Sequence record: DRR723986_5581
Length of the DNA: 51,440 nt
Strand: one strand, 5' to 3'
The position numbers and the translations under genes were made by a program. This document shows, piece after piece, positions 11,797 to 21,574 of this stretch (the first letter of the stretch is position 1; each line of letters starts with the position of its first letter). Below the pieces are notes generated by a model, which had not been told where the DNA came from, did not search any database, and worked only from the letters and a program-made list of their open reading frames with translations.

Positions 11797-12672
11797 ATGA
11801 CCAGGAACAATAATCAGGATCTCGACAAAACAGTGTACCATCAAGTGATTGGCTGTTCGCTTCTGCTCGTCATCCTGTTTGGTCTGGGACACAACGTCTA
11901 TCTTTCTTCCGGCGATCCCTTTTCCGGCCCAAAGCCGTCTACCCATCCAATCACGGCACTTGGTTTTCTCATTCTGGCCGGAGCTATCTTCTTTCGCCTG
12001 CAATGGGCGCGCTCGGTCTGGCTCAGGGGTACCCTGTGCTGCCTGATGATCCTGCTCTCGGGCCTTCGTATTGCCGAGGCCCTGTTTCCGGATCAGATCA
12101 CGCTATTTGCCGACAGCTGGCTGTCCCATTCACTGGAATCGATCAATATGTACGGCCGGTTCTCGATTGAAACGGCTCTCTTCCTGTTTTGCTGCTTCAG
12201 TTTCGAGCTATCCCAGGAACGGCATACGGTCGTCAGGCTGCTCCTGGTGTCTGTCTGCCTGGCCGTATTGTCCTTCGGCTTTGCGGAAACAGTCTATGCG
12301 TTCTTTCTGTGGGGGAACGAACTGTCGATGATCACGCAATTCGGCATGTGGCTGGTGTCGGTAGACCTCCTGGTCCAGATGCGCAATCAGGCTCCTTTCC
12401 AGAGCGTGATGCAACCAGGCAGGTCAAATTTCTACCGCCAGTTCACCGCGCTTGCTCTTTACCTGCTGCCCATGATCATCGGCACGGTCGTGCTTCATAA
12501 AATGCAGATTTCCCCCTCCGAGCAGGCGCCGTTCGAACTGTTCTTCGCGGGAACAAGCTGCCTGCTGCTGGGTGTCGTCCTGATGCTGGGAACCTATCTG
12601 GACCGAAAGAAACCCCCGGAAAATGCCTGGTCGGCACCGTCATCCGGACGCAATGGCAAGCGAGACAGGTAA
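11797..12672 (+). CDS. Hypothetical polytopic membrane protein
   Basis: 291-aa ORF with about 7-8 hydrophobic segments filling the gap; no catalytic motif recognised. Confidence 0.7.
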   Translation: MTRNNNQDLDKTVYHQVIGCSLLLVILFGLGHNVYLSSGDPFSGPKPSTHPITALGFLILAGAIFFRLQWARSVWLRGTLCCLMILLSGLRIAEALFPDQITLFADSWLSHSLESINMYGRFSIETALFLFCCFSFELSQERHTVVRLLLVSVCLAVLSFGFAETVYAFFLWGNELSMITQFGMWLVSVDLLVQMRNQAPFQSVMQPGRSNFYRQFTALALYLLPMIIGTVVLHKMQISPSEQAPFELFFAGTSCLLLGVVLMLGTYLDRKKPPENAWSAPSSGRNGKRDR

Positions 12673-12723
12673 GACTGATCTCCTCGCCAGTTACCGGCTA
12701 GCCAGTGAATGCACCTGGCTCGC

Positions 12724-13245
12724 TCACGGCAATGCCACCACAGGCGTGCGAACCGTTACCCTTTGAAACAGGTCCTCGATGTCGTGGTTGGCCATCCGGA
12801 TGCAGCCATACGAAACCGCGCGCCCGATGGAGCCCGGCCGGTTGGTGCCGTGAATGGCGTAGTTTCCGTTGGACAGCGTCATGGCGGCAACGCCCATCGG
12901 GTTGTTGGGCGCGCCACCGCGAATGACCGTCGGCAAATGCGGAAAGTCTCGACGGACTTCGTCCGACGGAGCCCAGTCGGGCTTCACGTATTTAGCCGTT
13001 ATGAATGCCTGTCCGGTCCAGGATTTTTGCCGTTTGCCGACTGCAACCCTGTAGCGGATCGCCCTGTTGGCGCCGAGCACCAGATAAAGCCGTTTTTCGG
13101 AATTCTTTATCACGATAGTTCCGGCGCGAAAGCGGGCATCGGAAAAGCCCACCACTTCGGCGGCATTGGCAGACTTTGGCGGAACACTGATTGCAACAAG
13201 CATCATCAAAGGAATGAAAACGCGGAACAAGGAGACCAGACGCAT
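12724..13245 (-). CDS. L,D-transpeptidase (YkuD/ErfK family)
   Basis: GTIVI....RLYLV, GGAPNNPMG, catalytic IHGT...SYGCIRM, signal peptide. ATG 13245 behind GGAG (alternative 13257). Confidence 0.93.
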   Translation of the reverse strand: MRLVSLFRVFIPLMMLVAISVPPKSANAAEVVGFSDARFRAGTIVIKNSEKRLYLVLGANRAIRYRVAVGKRQKSWTGQAFITAKYVKPDWAPSDEVRRDFPHLPTVIRGGAPNNPMGVAAMTLSNGNYAIHGTNRPGSIGRAVSYGCIRMANHDIEDLFQRVTVRTPVVALP

Positions 13246-13317
13246 TACAAACTCCATGCAGTTGCGCCGAGATTACCCTGCCCCTTCCCTTGAAAGAACC
13301 GGGACAGGCCTATTTTC

Positions 13318-13332
13318 TTACCAAAAGGTTAA
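13318..13332. promoter_or_regulatory. CtrA-box-like site upstream of the L,D-transpeptidase
   Basis: TTAA-CCTTTTG-GTAA on the - strand; one mismatch to TTAA-N7-TTAA. Confidence 0.45.
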
Positions 13333-13554
13333 TCAGCACTCCAACGTGAAGAGACAATACGGCCAGCCAACTGGTATCTGAGGGTGAGCGAATACCGGTC
13401 GAACAATCGCATCTTTGCCTGTGACGGGCGTCACCGCGTCTGACGGAGCCTCATGAGATAGTGCGTCCATGGCTCGAAGAGAGAGCCTGAGTTTAAAACT
13501 TGCGGAACATGGCCGCACCAGTTGCATCGTTGATCTTGTTCAAGGACCTGTCGA

Positions 13555-14169
13555 ATGACCCAAACATCTGCCACGACACGCGGCTTCAAACGCCCCTTTC
13601 GAAAAACCGTCGCAACCTTCGCCTGTCTTGTCGCACTCGCCGCGGCACCTTTGCCTTCATTCGCCGGATCCCTGACTGGCACCTACCTGCTGTCACCGGC
13701 TCAACTGGCGACCGGCTTTTCTGTCCGGGTCCTCGGACGCGGCCCTGTCACGGGTGAATTCAAGACCGTATCCGGCAAGATGACACTGGACCAAAACCGC
13801 CCGGAGAAGAGCCAGGTGGTCGTGAAGGTCGACCTGAGAAGTGTTCACACGAACAACGACAAGGTTACAGGTTTTCTGAAGAGTTCGGCCATGTTTGATG
13901 TCGCCAACCACCCGGTGGCCACATTCCAGAGCACCCGGGTTCATATTACCGGCCAGAACACGGCGGAAGTTGAGGGTGTCTTGAACCTTCGCGGAAAGCA
14001 GAAACGCACCAAGCTTTCGGTGAAGATTACCGACAGCAAGGCCAACGGTCAGGTCGGATTCGAAGTGTCAGGCGGGTTTTTCCGCAGCCTCTACGGCATG
14101 GATGCCGGTTTGCCGATCTACGCCGACAAGGTCAATCTCGAGATCAGAGGCACCGGAAAACGTAGCTGA
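13555..14169 (+). CDS. YceI-family periplasmic lipid/polyisoprenoid-binding protein
   Basis: Signal peptide; F.V..LG...V.G.F..VSG, SVHT, FDVANHP.ATF.ST and GVLNLRG match the YceI fold. Confidence 0.85.
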   Translation: MTQTSATTRGFKRPFRKTVATFACLVALAAAPLPSFAGSLTGTYLLSPAQLATGFSVRVLGRGPVTGEFKTVSGKMTLDQNRPEKSQVVVKVDLRSVHTNNDKVTGFLKSSAMFDVANHPVATFQSTRVHITGQNTAEVEGVLNLRGKQKRTKLSVKITDSKANGQVGFEVSGGFFRSLYGMDAGLPIYADKVNLEIRGTGKRS

Positions 14170-14246
14170 CCTACACCATTTGCCTTGTATTCCTGAGAAG
14201 CACGCGTGCCTGCAAGGGCCGCGTGCTCTTCCATTATGGGGCAGAT

Positions 14247-15350
14247 CTAGCGGGCTTTTGGCACACCATTGCGCCACTCATAGACAATGTAGTCCGGCAG
14301 ATTGCTGTCGCCGTTGCCGTCGAAAGTTACATCTCCGAGCACCGTATCGAAGGTTCCTTCCTGAAGAGCAGTCGCCACGCCTTGCAAAGCCGTACCACCA
14401 GCGACCTCGACAGCCTGTGCCCAGGCCTGAATTGCGGCATAGGTCGTCAATGTGAAGCGATCCGCGGAACCTCCCGCCTCTTCCAGATCAGCAACCAGTT
14501 CCTGCGCTTCGGGGCGATCCCGGGGGTTCTCCGGATAGGTCAGCAAGGTTCCATTCCCCGCCTCACCTGTTACGGACCAAAAATCTTCCGTCATCAGTGC
14601 ATCACCGGCCACCAGCACCGCGCCCAACCGCTGACGGTCCATCTCCAGCTTTATCAGCCCCGCTTCCGGGTGATAACCGCCCAGGTAAACAACATCGACA
14701 GCCTGAAGCTTCAGTTGCGACACGAGGCTGCGGAAATCGTCACCGCCTGCGTCAAACCCCAGCGCCATGCTCTCGCTGGTTCCCAGCTCGTTCACGACCG
14801 CCTTGACCGCGTCGGCAAGACCTTTGCCGTAAGCTGTCTTGTCATGCAGAATTGCAATTCGTTTGTCGCCGAATTCATTCACCAGCAACTTGCCGGCCAC
14901 GTCCGCCTGCCGGTCATCCCTGGGGGCGAGACGGAAGATGCCTTCGCCTTGCCGCTCGTCGGTGAATTTCGGCAGGGTCGTTGCCGGTGACATCTGAACG
15001 ATCCCCGCTCCGGCATAGACTTCAGAGGCTGCAATAGAGCTGCTGAAACAAAGATGGCCGGCAACAAAGACAACGTCTCTGCCGATCAACTGGTTGGCCA
15101 CGGCCACAGCCTGGTCCGCATCACAACCATCGTCGACGGTTTCCAGCACCAGTGTCTCGCCGTTGACCCCGCCGGCCGCATTGAGATCGGCAACCGCCTT
15201 TTCCGCGCCAATACGCATTTCTTCACCGAAAGCAGCAAACTGCCCCTTCATCGGCCCGGCGACAGCGATCCGGATGTCGGCGACAGCAGGTGTCGCAACG
15301 AGGCTGCAAGCCAGAAGGCCAGCACTGGCCAGAAACTGCTGAAAGGTCAT
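14247..15350 (-). CDS. Branched-chain amino acid ABC transporter substrate-binding protein (LivJ/LivK family), orphan
   Basis: IAVAGPM.G.FA.FG, GGVNG, DDGCD..QAVAVAN, GHLCFSSSI, HDKTAYGKGLAD. Confidence 0.92.
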   Translation of the reverse strand: MTFQQFLASAGLLACSLVATPAVADIRIAVAGPMKGQFAAFGEEMRIGAEKAVADLNAAGGVNGETLVLETVDDGCDADQAVAVANQLIGRDVVFVAGHLCFSSSIAASEVYAGAGIVQMSPATTLPKFTDERQGEGIFRLAPRDDRQADVAGKLLVNEFGDKRIAILHDKTAYGKGLADAVKAVVNELGTSESMALGFDAGGDDFRSLVSQLKLQAVDVVYLGGYHPEAGLIKLEMDRQRLGAVLVAGDALMTEDFWSVTGEAGNGTLLTYPENPRDRPEAQELVADLEEAGGSADRFTLTTYAAIQAWAQAVEVAGGTALQGVATALQEGTFDTVLGDVTFDGNGDSNLPDYIVYEWRNGVPKAR

Positions 15351-15673
15351 TCGTCTCCCCAAGATCCGGTGATCGCCCCCTACCCCTAGCGCGGCCCGGT
15401 CCGCAGCTCAATCCGCACTTGTGGCTTAGGTGGCAAATGCGGAACACCTGCCCCATATGAATTCATGAGCTTTCCGGCCCACGACTTCGATTGGATGGGT
15501 TTACGAGACCTTCCGACACGCGTTCATAAGGTATTGACCTTGAAATATCAGAAAAACCCGTCTGCCTCGTGTCGAGCACAGCATGGTCTAGGCATCCTTT
15601 CCGTGGCCGCCTAAACTCCCGTCCGCGTCCGACAGACGAATGATTCCCGCTGAGCCGCCCAGGAGCCGACTTG

Positions 15674-16201
15674 ATGTCCCCAACCTCTTCAGAATCCGAA
15701 GACCAGGACAGGCTTCCTCTGGAGACTGCCATTTTCCGGGAAGCCATGAGCCGGATTGCTGCAGCCGTCCACGTGGTGACAACTGACGGCCCCGGCGGCC
15801 GCATGGGTGCAACCGTTTCGGCTGCCTGTTCGGTCAGTGACGAGCCCGCCAGCATTCTGATCTGCCTGAACAGGAAAACACGCATCCATGGCGCAGTTCT
15901 CGAAAACCGCTGCTTCTGTCTCAACACGCTCAGCGACGATCACGAGGAAATTTCCGACACCTTTGCCGGGCGAGACAAGCTGGACATGCCGCAACGGTTC
16001 GAGAAAGGCGACTGGACAAGCCTGGCTACAGGCTGCCCCGCCCTCAACAGCGCGCGTCTCAGCGTCGATTGCGAAGTCTATTCAGTCACCGAAATGGGGA
16101 CGCATTCGATCATCGTCGGCACCGTGACCGACCTTCGGATGACCGATCCCGGCAAATCCCTTCTCTATGTCCGCCGTGGCTACAAAAGCCTCGACACCTG
16201 A
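15674..16201 (+). CDS. Flavin reductase (HpaC/RutF family)
   Basis: FREAMSR.AAAVHVVTTDG.GGR.G.TVSA.CSVSD.P, GTH, and LLY.RR.Y. Confidence 0.92.
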   Translation: MSPTSSESEDQDRLPLETAIFREAMSRIAAAVHVVTTDGPGGRMGATVSAACSVSDEPASILICLNRKTRIHGAVLENRCFCLNTLSDDHEEISDTFAGRDKLDMPQRFEKGDWTSLATGCPALNSARLSVDCEVYSVTEMGTHSIIVGTVTDLRMTDPGKSLLYVRRGYKSLDT

Positions 16202-16255
16202 CACGCAGCCGATCACACTCCTTATCGTCCACCTTCAATCGAGGACCGTCTGCCC

Positions 16256-17260
16256 ATGGCCGGTTTACGCAACCTGATCACCGATGTCCCGGGCCTCAAG
16301 GTCGGCAATGCTTCCGATCTTGAACTGAAATCCGGGGCGACCGTGCTCGTACCGGACGAACCCGCGGTCACCTCGGTGGCCATTCACGGCGGTGCACCTG
16401 GCACCCGTGAAATCGCGCTCTTGGAGCCGGAGCAGACTGTCGAGAAGATCGACGCCATCGTGCTGGCCGGTGGGTCCGCCTTTGGTCTGGATGCCGGTGC
16501 AGGTGTCCAGGGACGCCTTGCCGAACTGGGTTACGGGTTCCAGGTCGGCCCGGTCCGCGTTCCGATCGTTCCCACCGCCATCCTGTTCGACCTCCTGAAC
16601 GGCGGCGACAAGAGCTGGGGACAGGCAGCGCCTTACCGGGATCTCGGCCGGTCTGCACTTGATGCAATCGGCCATGATTTTTCCCTTGGTTCCATCGGTG
16701 CCGGCACCGGAGCCACCACCGCAAATCTGAAAGGCGGCCTCGGGTCTGCCTCCCATGTACTCGAAAACGGCATTACGGTCGGCGCCATTGTCGCGGTGAA
16801 CGCGCTTGGGCGGGCAACCGTGGGGGACAGCGCGCACTTCTGGGCGGCGCCGTTTGAAATCGGCGATGAGTTCGGAGGCCTGGGAATGGCGCATCCGCTG
16901 CCGCCGGACAGCATCACGGTCCGCACCAAACTTGACGGCCTCAAGGCCGGTGCCAACACTACGATCGCAGCTGTTGCGACCGATGCCATCCTGACCAAGG
17001 GCGAAGCGAAACGCCTCGCGGTCATGGCGCATGACGGGCTCGCGCGGGCTCTCTGGCCCGCTCACACACCGCTTGATGGCGATCTCGTCTTCGCCCTCTC
17101 CACGGGCCAACGCCGAATGGAAAACGGACTGGAAGACATGGTTCAGCTCGGTGCGGCAGCCGCTTCGTGCCTGGCACGTGCCATCGCCCGCGGCGTCTAT
17201 AATGCAGCCCCGGCAACCGACGATCCGGTCCCAACGTGGCGAGAGCGGTTCGGAAGCTAG
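16256..17260 (+). CDS. P1/S58 family peptidase (DmpA-like L-aminopeptidase/D-esterase)
   Basis: NLITDVPGLKVG, GGAPGTRE, GGSAFGL, GAGTGA, autoprocessing site NTT, HTPLDGD. Confidence 0.92.
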   Translation: MAGLRNLITDVPGLKVGNASDLELKSGATVLVPDEPAVTSVAIHGGAPGTREIALLEPEQTVEKIDAIVLAGGSAFGLDAGAGVQGRLAELGYGFQVGPVRVPIVPTAILFDLLNGGDKSWGQAAPYRDLGRSALDAIGHDFSLGSIGAGTGATTANLKGGLGSASHVLENGITVGAIVAVNALGRATVGDSAHFWAAPFEIGDEFGGLGMAHPLPPDSITVRTKLDGLKAGANTTIAAVATDAILTKGEAKRLAVMAHDGLARALWPAHTPLDGDLVFALSTGQRRMENGLEDMVQLGAAAASCLARAIARGVYNAAPATDDPVPTWRERFGS

Positions 17261-17328
17261 TCACCAGATCCGACGCGCGCCGACCTGCGTAAACTGGGCA
17301 GATTTTCCTGAAGAAGGTTCTGCCCATC

Positions 17329-17847
17329 ATGACCCGCGTTCACCGTTTTCTGCTTCTCGCCATGTTCGCCATGGGTGTCGCTGCTTCTGTTCCGGCCGAC
17401 GCCAAATCCCTGGTGCTGGAAGAATTCTTCCGCGGAAAAACGGTGGGCAAGGGCGTTTTTGAAAGCAAGATCGCCGATGTCTACCGACCATTCACCGTCA
17501 CGCTGACAGGAACCTGGAACAGCAAGACCTTTACGCTCCGGCTTCGCGAGGACTTCGTCTACGAAGACGGCGAACGTGATACCAAGACCTGGTTCTTCCA
17601 GAAGGTTGCCGAAGACCGATACATCGGCCAGAGAGCCGACGTGCTGGGTCCGGCAAACGTTCGTACAGATGAAAATGGAGACCTTCGTTTCTCCTACGTC
17701 GCGAGCCTTGAGACTGAGAACGGGCCATTGCTGCTTCGTTTTGACGACACGCTGACACAGGTCGACAGAAACACGGTCAGGAACACCGCCAAGGTCATGA
17801 AAGCCGGGATTACGGTCGGTACGGTTTCGCTGACATTTAAAAGGTAA
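17329..17847 (+). CDS. DUF3833-like exported protein
   Basis: Signal peptide; LEEFF.G...G.G.F, L.EDF.YEDGE...KTW, Y.G.RADV.G.A, FDD. Confidence 0.8.
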   Translation: MTRVHRFLLLAMFAMGVAASVPADAKSLVLEEFFRGKTVGKGVFESKIADVYRPFTVTLTGTWNSKTFTLRLREDFVYEDGERDTKTWFFQKVAEDRYIGQRADVLGPANVRTDENGDLRFSYVASLETENGPLLLRFDDTLTQVDRNTVRNTAKVMKAGITVGTVSLTFKR

Positions 17848-17935
17848 AGCTTCCAAGGCTCAGGTACGACTTGGCGCTTGATCGGGAGTGATTTCAAGCC
17901 TTTACTCTGCGGATGAAATTGTCCGTGGGGGCTTC

Positions 17936-19423
17936 ATGATACCGATCCGGCACTTCCTGCCACATCTCCTGAACCTGATGTTTTCAATGGCTCTTGTGGT
18001 AGCGGGCCTTGCAAGCCAGTCAACCTTGGCAAGCGCGATGGGCACGGGCCTTGCCGAAACGCTTGAGAACAAACTGCTTGAACCGTTCGACGGCGACTTC
18101 GACGCCTTGCTCAAGCGTGGCTACATTCGGGTCCTGATCCCGTTTTCAAAGACCGGCTACTTCATCGACAAGGGCGTTCAGCGCGGCAGTTCGGTTGATC
18201 TCATGACCGAGTTCGACAAATACCTGGACAAGATCCACGAGAAGAAGGCGAAGGATGCAAAGCTGGTACTTGTTCCGACCCCGAGAAATCACTTGTTTTC
18301 AGATCTTTCCGCGGGCAAGGGCGACATCGCGATCGGCAATCTGACCATTACCCGCGAACGGGAAGATCTGGTCGCCTTTTCGTCCCCTTTGCTGAAGGAT
18401 GTGCACGAAGTCCCGGTCACCGCCGCAGGGGTTGCCGACCTTCCCTCACCTGAAGCCCTGTCAGGTCAGACCGTTCACGTCCGGGCTTCGTCTTCCTATT
18501 ATCAAAGCCTCAAGGCACTTAACGATACGCTCGGCCAAAAGGGCGCCAAGCCGGTCGACATTGTGACCGCTGACGAGCACATGGAAGATGAGGATCTTCT
18601 GGAAATGGTGGCAGCCGGCGCCATTTCCATGGTGATCGTGGACCAGCACAAGGCCGAACTCTGGCTGGAAGTTCTGGACGGCCTGAAGATGCATCCCTCG
18701 GCAGCCGTGCGCACGGATGGAGAGATTGCCATAGCCGTTCGCAACAATGCGCCGGAGCTCCTGAAGGAAGTCGATGCCTTCGCCGCCACCGTGACAAAAG
18801 GCACCCTGCTCGGCAACATCATCCTCAAGCGATATCTGAAAGAGGCCGACTACCTCCAGGACATGCGCAGCGCGGACTACAAGAACGACCTCGCCAGTCT
18901 CCAAACCATTTTTCAAAAGTACGGCGACGAGTATGAGATCGACTGGCTTTTGATCGCCGCGCAAAGCTTTCAGGAATCACGTTTCGACCAGAAAGCGCAC
19001 AGCCGCGCGGGTGCCGTTGGACTGATGCAGATCAAGCCGGCTACGGCCAAGGGCGACCCGATCAACATCAGCGGCATTGATGCAGATCCGGACAAGAACG
19101 TTCAGGCAGGCGTCAAATATCTTCGGTACCTTGCCAACCAGTATTTTGCCGGTCTTCAGACACGGGATGCCAACCAGACCTTCTTTGCGCTTGCGGCCTA
19201 CAACGCCGGCCCCAGCCGGTTTGCCAAACTGCGCGAAAAAGCCAAGCAACAGGGCTTTGATCCGGACAAGTGGTTTGACAACGTCGAGTGGATCGTGGCT
19301 TCCGAAATCGGCCGGGAACCTGTCGATTACGTCGGCAACATCTACCAGTACTACGTCGTGTTCTTCAACGAACAGCAGCGTCGGCAAACGGAAGCCGCCG
19401 AGAAGGCGGCAGCCGGAAACTAG
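17936..19423 (+). CDS. MltF-like lytic transglycosylase (SBP_bac_3 domain plus SLT domain)
   Basis: N-terminal binding-protein domain (GDFD.L.KRG.IRVL); SLT motifs FQES, GAVGLMQI and LAAYNAGP. Confidence 0.9.
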   Translation: MIPIRHFLPHLLNLMFSMALVVAGLASQSTLASAMGTGLAETLENKLLEPFDGDFDALLKRGYIRVLIPFSKTGYFIDKGVQRGSSVDLMTEFDKYLDKIHEKKAKDAKLVLVPTPRNHLFSDLSAGKGDIAIGNLTITREREDLVAFSSPLLKDVHEVPVTAAGVADLPSPEALSGQTVHVRASSSYYQSLKALNDTLGQKGAKPVDIVTADEHMEDEDLLEMVAAGAISMVIVDQHKAELWLEVLDGLKMHPSAAVRTDGEIAIAVRNNAPELLKEVDAFAATVTKGTLLGNIILKRYLKEADYLQDMRSADYKNDLASLQTIFQKYGDEYEIDWLLIAAQSFQESRFDQKAHSRAGAVGLMQIKPATAKGDPINISGIDADPDKNVQAGVKYLRYLANQYFAGLQTRDANQTFFALAAYNAGPSRFAKLREKAKQQGFDPDKWFDNVEWIVASEIGREPVDYVGNIYQYYVVFFNEQQRRQTEAAEKAAAGN

Positions 19424-19496
19424 GATCTCTCGCGAGCAACATGAGGACGTTCAACGAAGGCCGTTTGAACGTCCACCATGACCGATGCAATACGCT

Positions 19497-20078
19497 TCAG
19501 ACAACCTTGCGACCAAGGCCAGCGGCCCGCGCCAGCATCTTCCGCTTTGCCTCGTCGCTCGATCCGCGGATCGGCGAAAACATATGGTAGCCTTTGGGCT
19601 TGAGACCGCAGAAATCGAGGATCTGCTTCTCGGTCTGCTTTTTGGCACCGGCACCGTAAATCCAGGTGAAGTACCAACCCGGTGTGTCGGAAGTCACCAG
19701 AACCTGCGCGGTGCGGCCCTTGAGCAGTTTCTCAGGCAGAGGTTTGCCTTTCACGTATTGAAAGGACATGCCCGGCAGCAGGATCCGGTCGAACAACCCC
19801 TTCAACCTGCCCGGCAGACCGCCCCACCACAATGGGTGCGTGAGCACGAAATGTTCACACCACAGGATATCCTGCCACAGTGCTTCGAGGTCAGGCTCCA
19901 GAGGCTTCGCATCCTTGAAGGATGACACTCCGAAATCCGCGTCGAAGTCTAGGTCGGCCAGATGCCTGACCCGCACTTCGTTTCCACCCTTTTGCGCATG
20001 ATTTGCATATTCCGCCGCGAGGGCACCGCAAAACGTGTCCTTGGCCGGGTGTCCCTCCAATACCAGTACTCTTGTCAT
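19497..20078 (-). CDS. Flavodoxin-fold NAD(P)H dehydrogenase (quinone), Flavodoxin_2 family
   Basis: VLVL.GHP...FC.ALA, P.WWGG.P..LKG.FDR, LLKGR.A.V..TSDTP. Confidence 0.9.
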   Translation of the reverse strand: MTRVLVLEGHPAKDTFCGALAAEYANHAQKGGNEVRVRHLADLDFDADFGVSSFKDAKPLEPDLEALWQDILWCEHFVLTHPLWWGGLPGRLKGLFDRILLPGMSFQYVKGKPLPEKLLKGRTAQVLVTSDTPGWYFTWIYGAGAKKQTEKQILDFCGLKPKGYHMFSPIRGSSDEAKRKMLARAAGLGRKVV

Positions 20079-20117
20079 GTCCAACCTTGTGAGCTTGCAG
20101 GCGTCAAACGTCAAAAT

Positions 20118-20180
20118 TGACCGTGGTCATTTTTTGACATTCAGCATCACATCCGTCAAGATATTTTTTGACCACGGTCA
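20118..20180. promoter_or_regulatory. Pair of palindromic TetR-type operators
   Basis: TGACCGTGGTCA (20118-20129) and its exact reverse complement TGACCACGGTCA (20169-20180), between the divergent reductase and TetR genes. Confidence 0.8.
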
Positions 20181-20195
20181 TTTTAACGGAAAATC

Positions 20196-20813
20196 ATGAC
20201 ACGCAAACCACAACAGCGGAGCATTGCCACAAGGGCACGGGTACTGGCTGCCGCACGCGATCTCAGTCAAAAACACGGATTGGACCTGGTTACCGCGGAA
20301 GCGGTTGCTCAGGAGGCAGGTGTCGCAAAGGGAACCGTGTTCTCGCATTTCGGCGATATGGACGGCCTATTGTCCTACGTGCTGCTGGACCGGCTGAATG
20401 CCCTGCGTGCGGCGACGTCCGACGAAGCAGCAGAACCCGACCAATTGTCCGACCCTGTCGGACTGCTGACCCGGCGCATGATGGCGCTGATCGACGTCAT
20501 CACCGACAGCCCGACAATCCTGCGGTTGTTCCTGGACAATATCGGCGTGACCAAACCCAATTGCGCTGCTGAATTTGTCGAAACACTGGACGCCCTCGAT
20601 GCGGAACTGGAGCATTTCCTGACGTTCTGGCAACAGGAGGCCAGCCTGAAGCCGGAGCTGAGGCAGGACCGGTCACCCAAGGAAATGGTCGATGGCCTGA
20701 TTGCCTTCATGATCAATGGAGCCATCCTGGTCAAAAGCCATCAACTGACTGACCGGGCGGAACTGGAACATCGGCTCCGCCGCCATGTCGAAGCTTTCCT
20801 GATCAGACAATGA
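20196..20813 (+). CDS. TetR/AcrR-family transcriptional regulator
   Basis: QQRSIATRARVL.AA..L...G, HTH VAQEAGVAKGTVFSHF. Confidence 0.93.
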   Translation: MTRKPQQRSIATRARVLAAARDLSQKHGLDLVTAEAVAQEAGVAKGTVFSHFGDMDGLLSYVLLDRLNALRAATSDEAAEPDQLSDPVGLLTRRMMALIDVITDSPTILRLFLDNIGVTKPNCAAEFVETLDALDAELEHFLTFWQQEASLKPELRQDRSPKEMVDGLIAFMINGAILVKSHQLTDRAELEHRLRRHVEAFLIRQ

Positions 20814-20868
20814 GAGCGATCAAAGCGGGCTCGAATAGAGTGACTGCATCCTGATCGGCAGGGTTAGC

Positions 20869-21354
20869 TCAACCCTTCCGGTCTTCCGGCATTTCCCCCG
20901 GCCAGAACACGACGTGGTTCTCATAGTCTTCCAGGGCCATGCCGTCTTCGGGGATCGTTCGCCCGCGAACGGAAATGCCCGCCTGATGGACCGTTTCAGG
21001 ATCTCCCGACACCAAAGGATGCCACCAGTAGAGATCCTTGCCTTCCCGCACCAGCCGATAGGCACAGGTTGGCGGCAGCCAGGTCAGTGTCCTCACCTCA
21101 CCCGGTGTGAGCTGAATGCAGTCCGGCACGATGGTTGCCCTGTTGTCGTAATCCTTGCAGCGGCAGCTGGTGCCATCAAGCAACGTGCAGGCAACATCCG
21201 TCCAGACGATTTCGCCGGTGTCCCAGTCCTCAAGCTTGTTGAGACAGCAGCGTGCGCAGCCGTCGCAAAGCGATTCCCACTGGGACTGCGTCATGTCTTC
21301 CAGTGTGCGGGTTTTCCAGAACGGAAGCTCGCGTGAGGTATCGTCCACAATCAT
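20869..21354 (-). CDS. YcgN family cysteine-cluster protein (UPF0260)
   Basis: PFWK...LE.M...[43 protein letters not shown]. Confidence 0.92.
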   Translation of the reverse strand: MIVDDTSRELPFWKTRTLEDMTQSQWESLCDGCARCCLNKLEDWDTGEIVWTDVACTLLDGTSCRCKDYDNRATIVPDCIQLTPGEVRTLTWLPPTCAYRLVREGKDLYWWHPLVSGDPETVHQAGISVRGRTIPEDGMALEDYENHVVFWPGEMPEDRKG

Positions 21355-21574
21355 GAAGTCTTGTGCGCCTTTCTTGGGCCGGAACAATCGGCGCCTATCA
21401 TGCTACAGGCTGTCGGGCAACCCGGGCGAAAAAACGGGCTGTTTTTCCTCAATGAAATTGCAAGAACTTTAGGTAAACTGTTCCAATGAAACGGGCACGC
21501 TGGCAACCAGTTTGCACGACCTCGAAAAACGGCTAGCTTGGGCCGATCCTTTTTGATCCGGAGACCTTGTTCGC

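Noticed and set aside
14259-14274. TGGCAC...TTGC sigma54-like motif
   Set aside because: GG-to-GC spacing is 9 rather than 10, and it lies inside the 3' end of a CDS.
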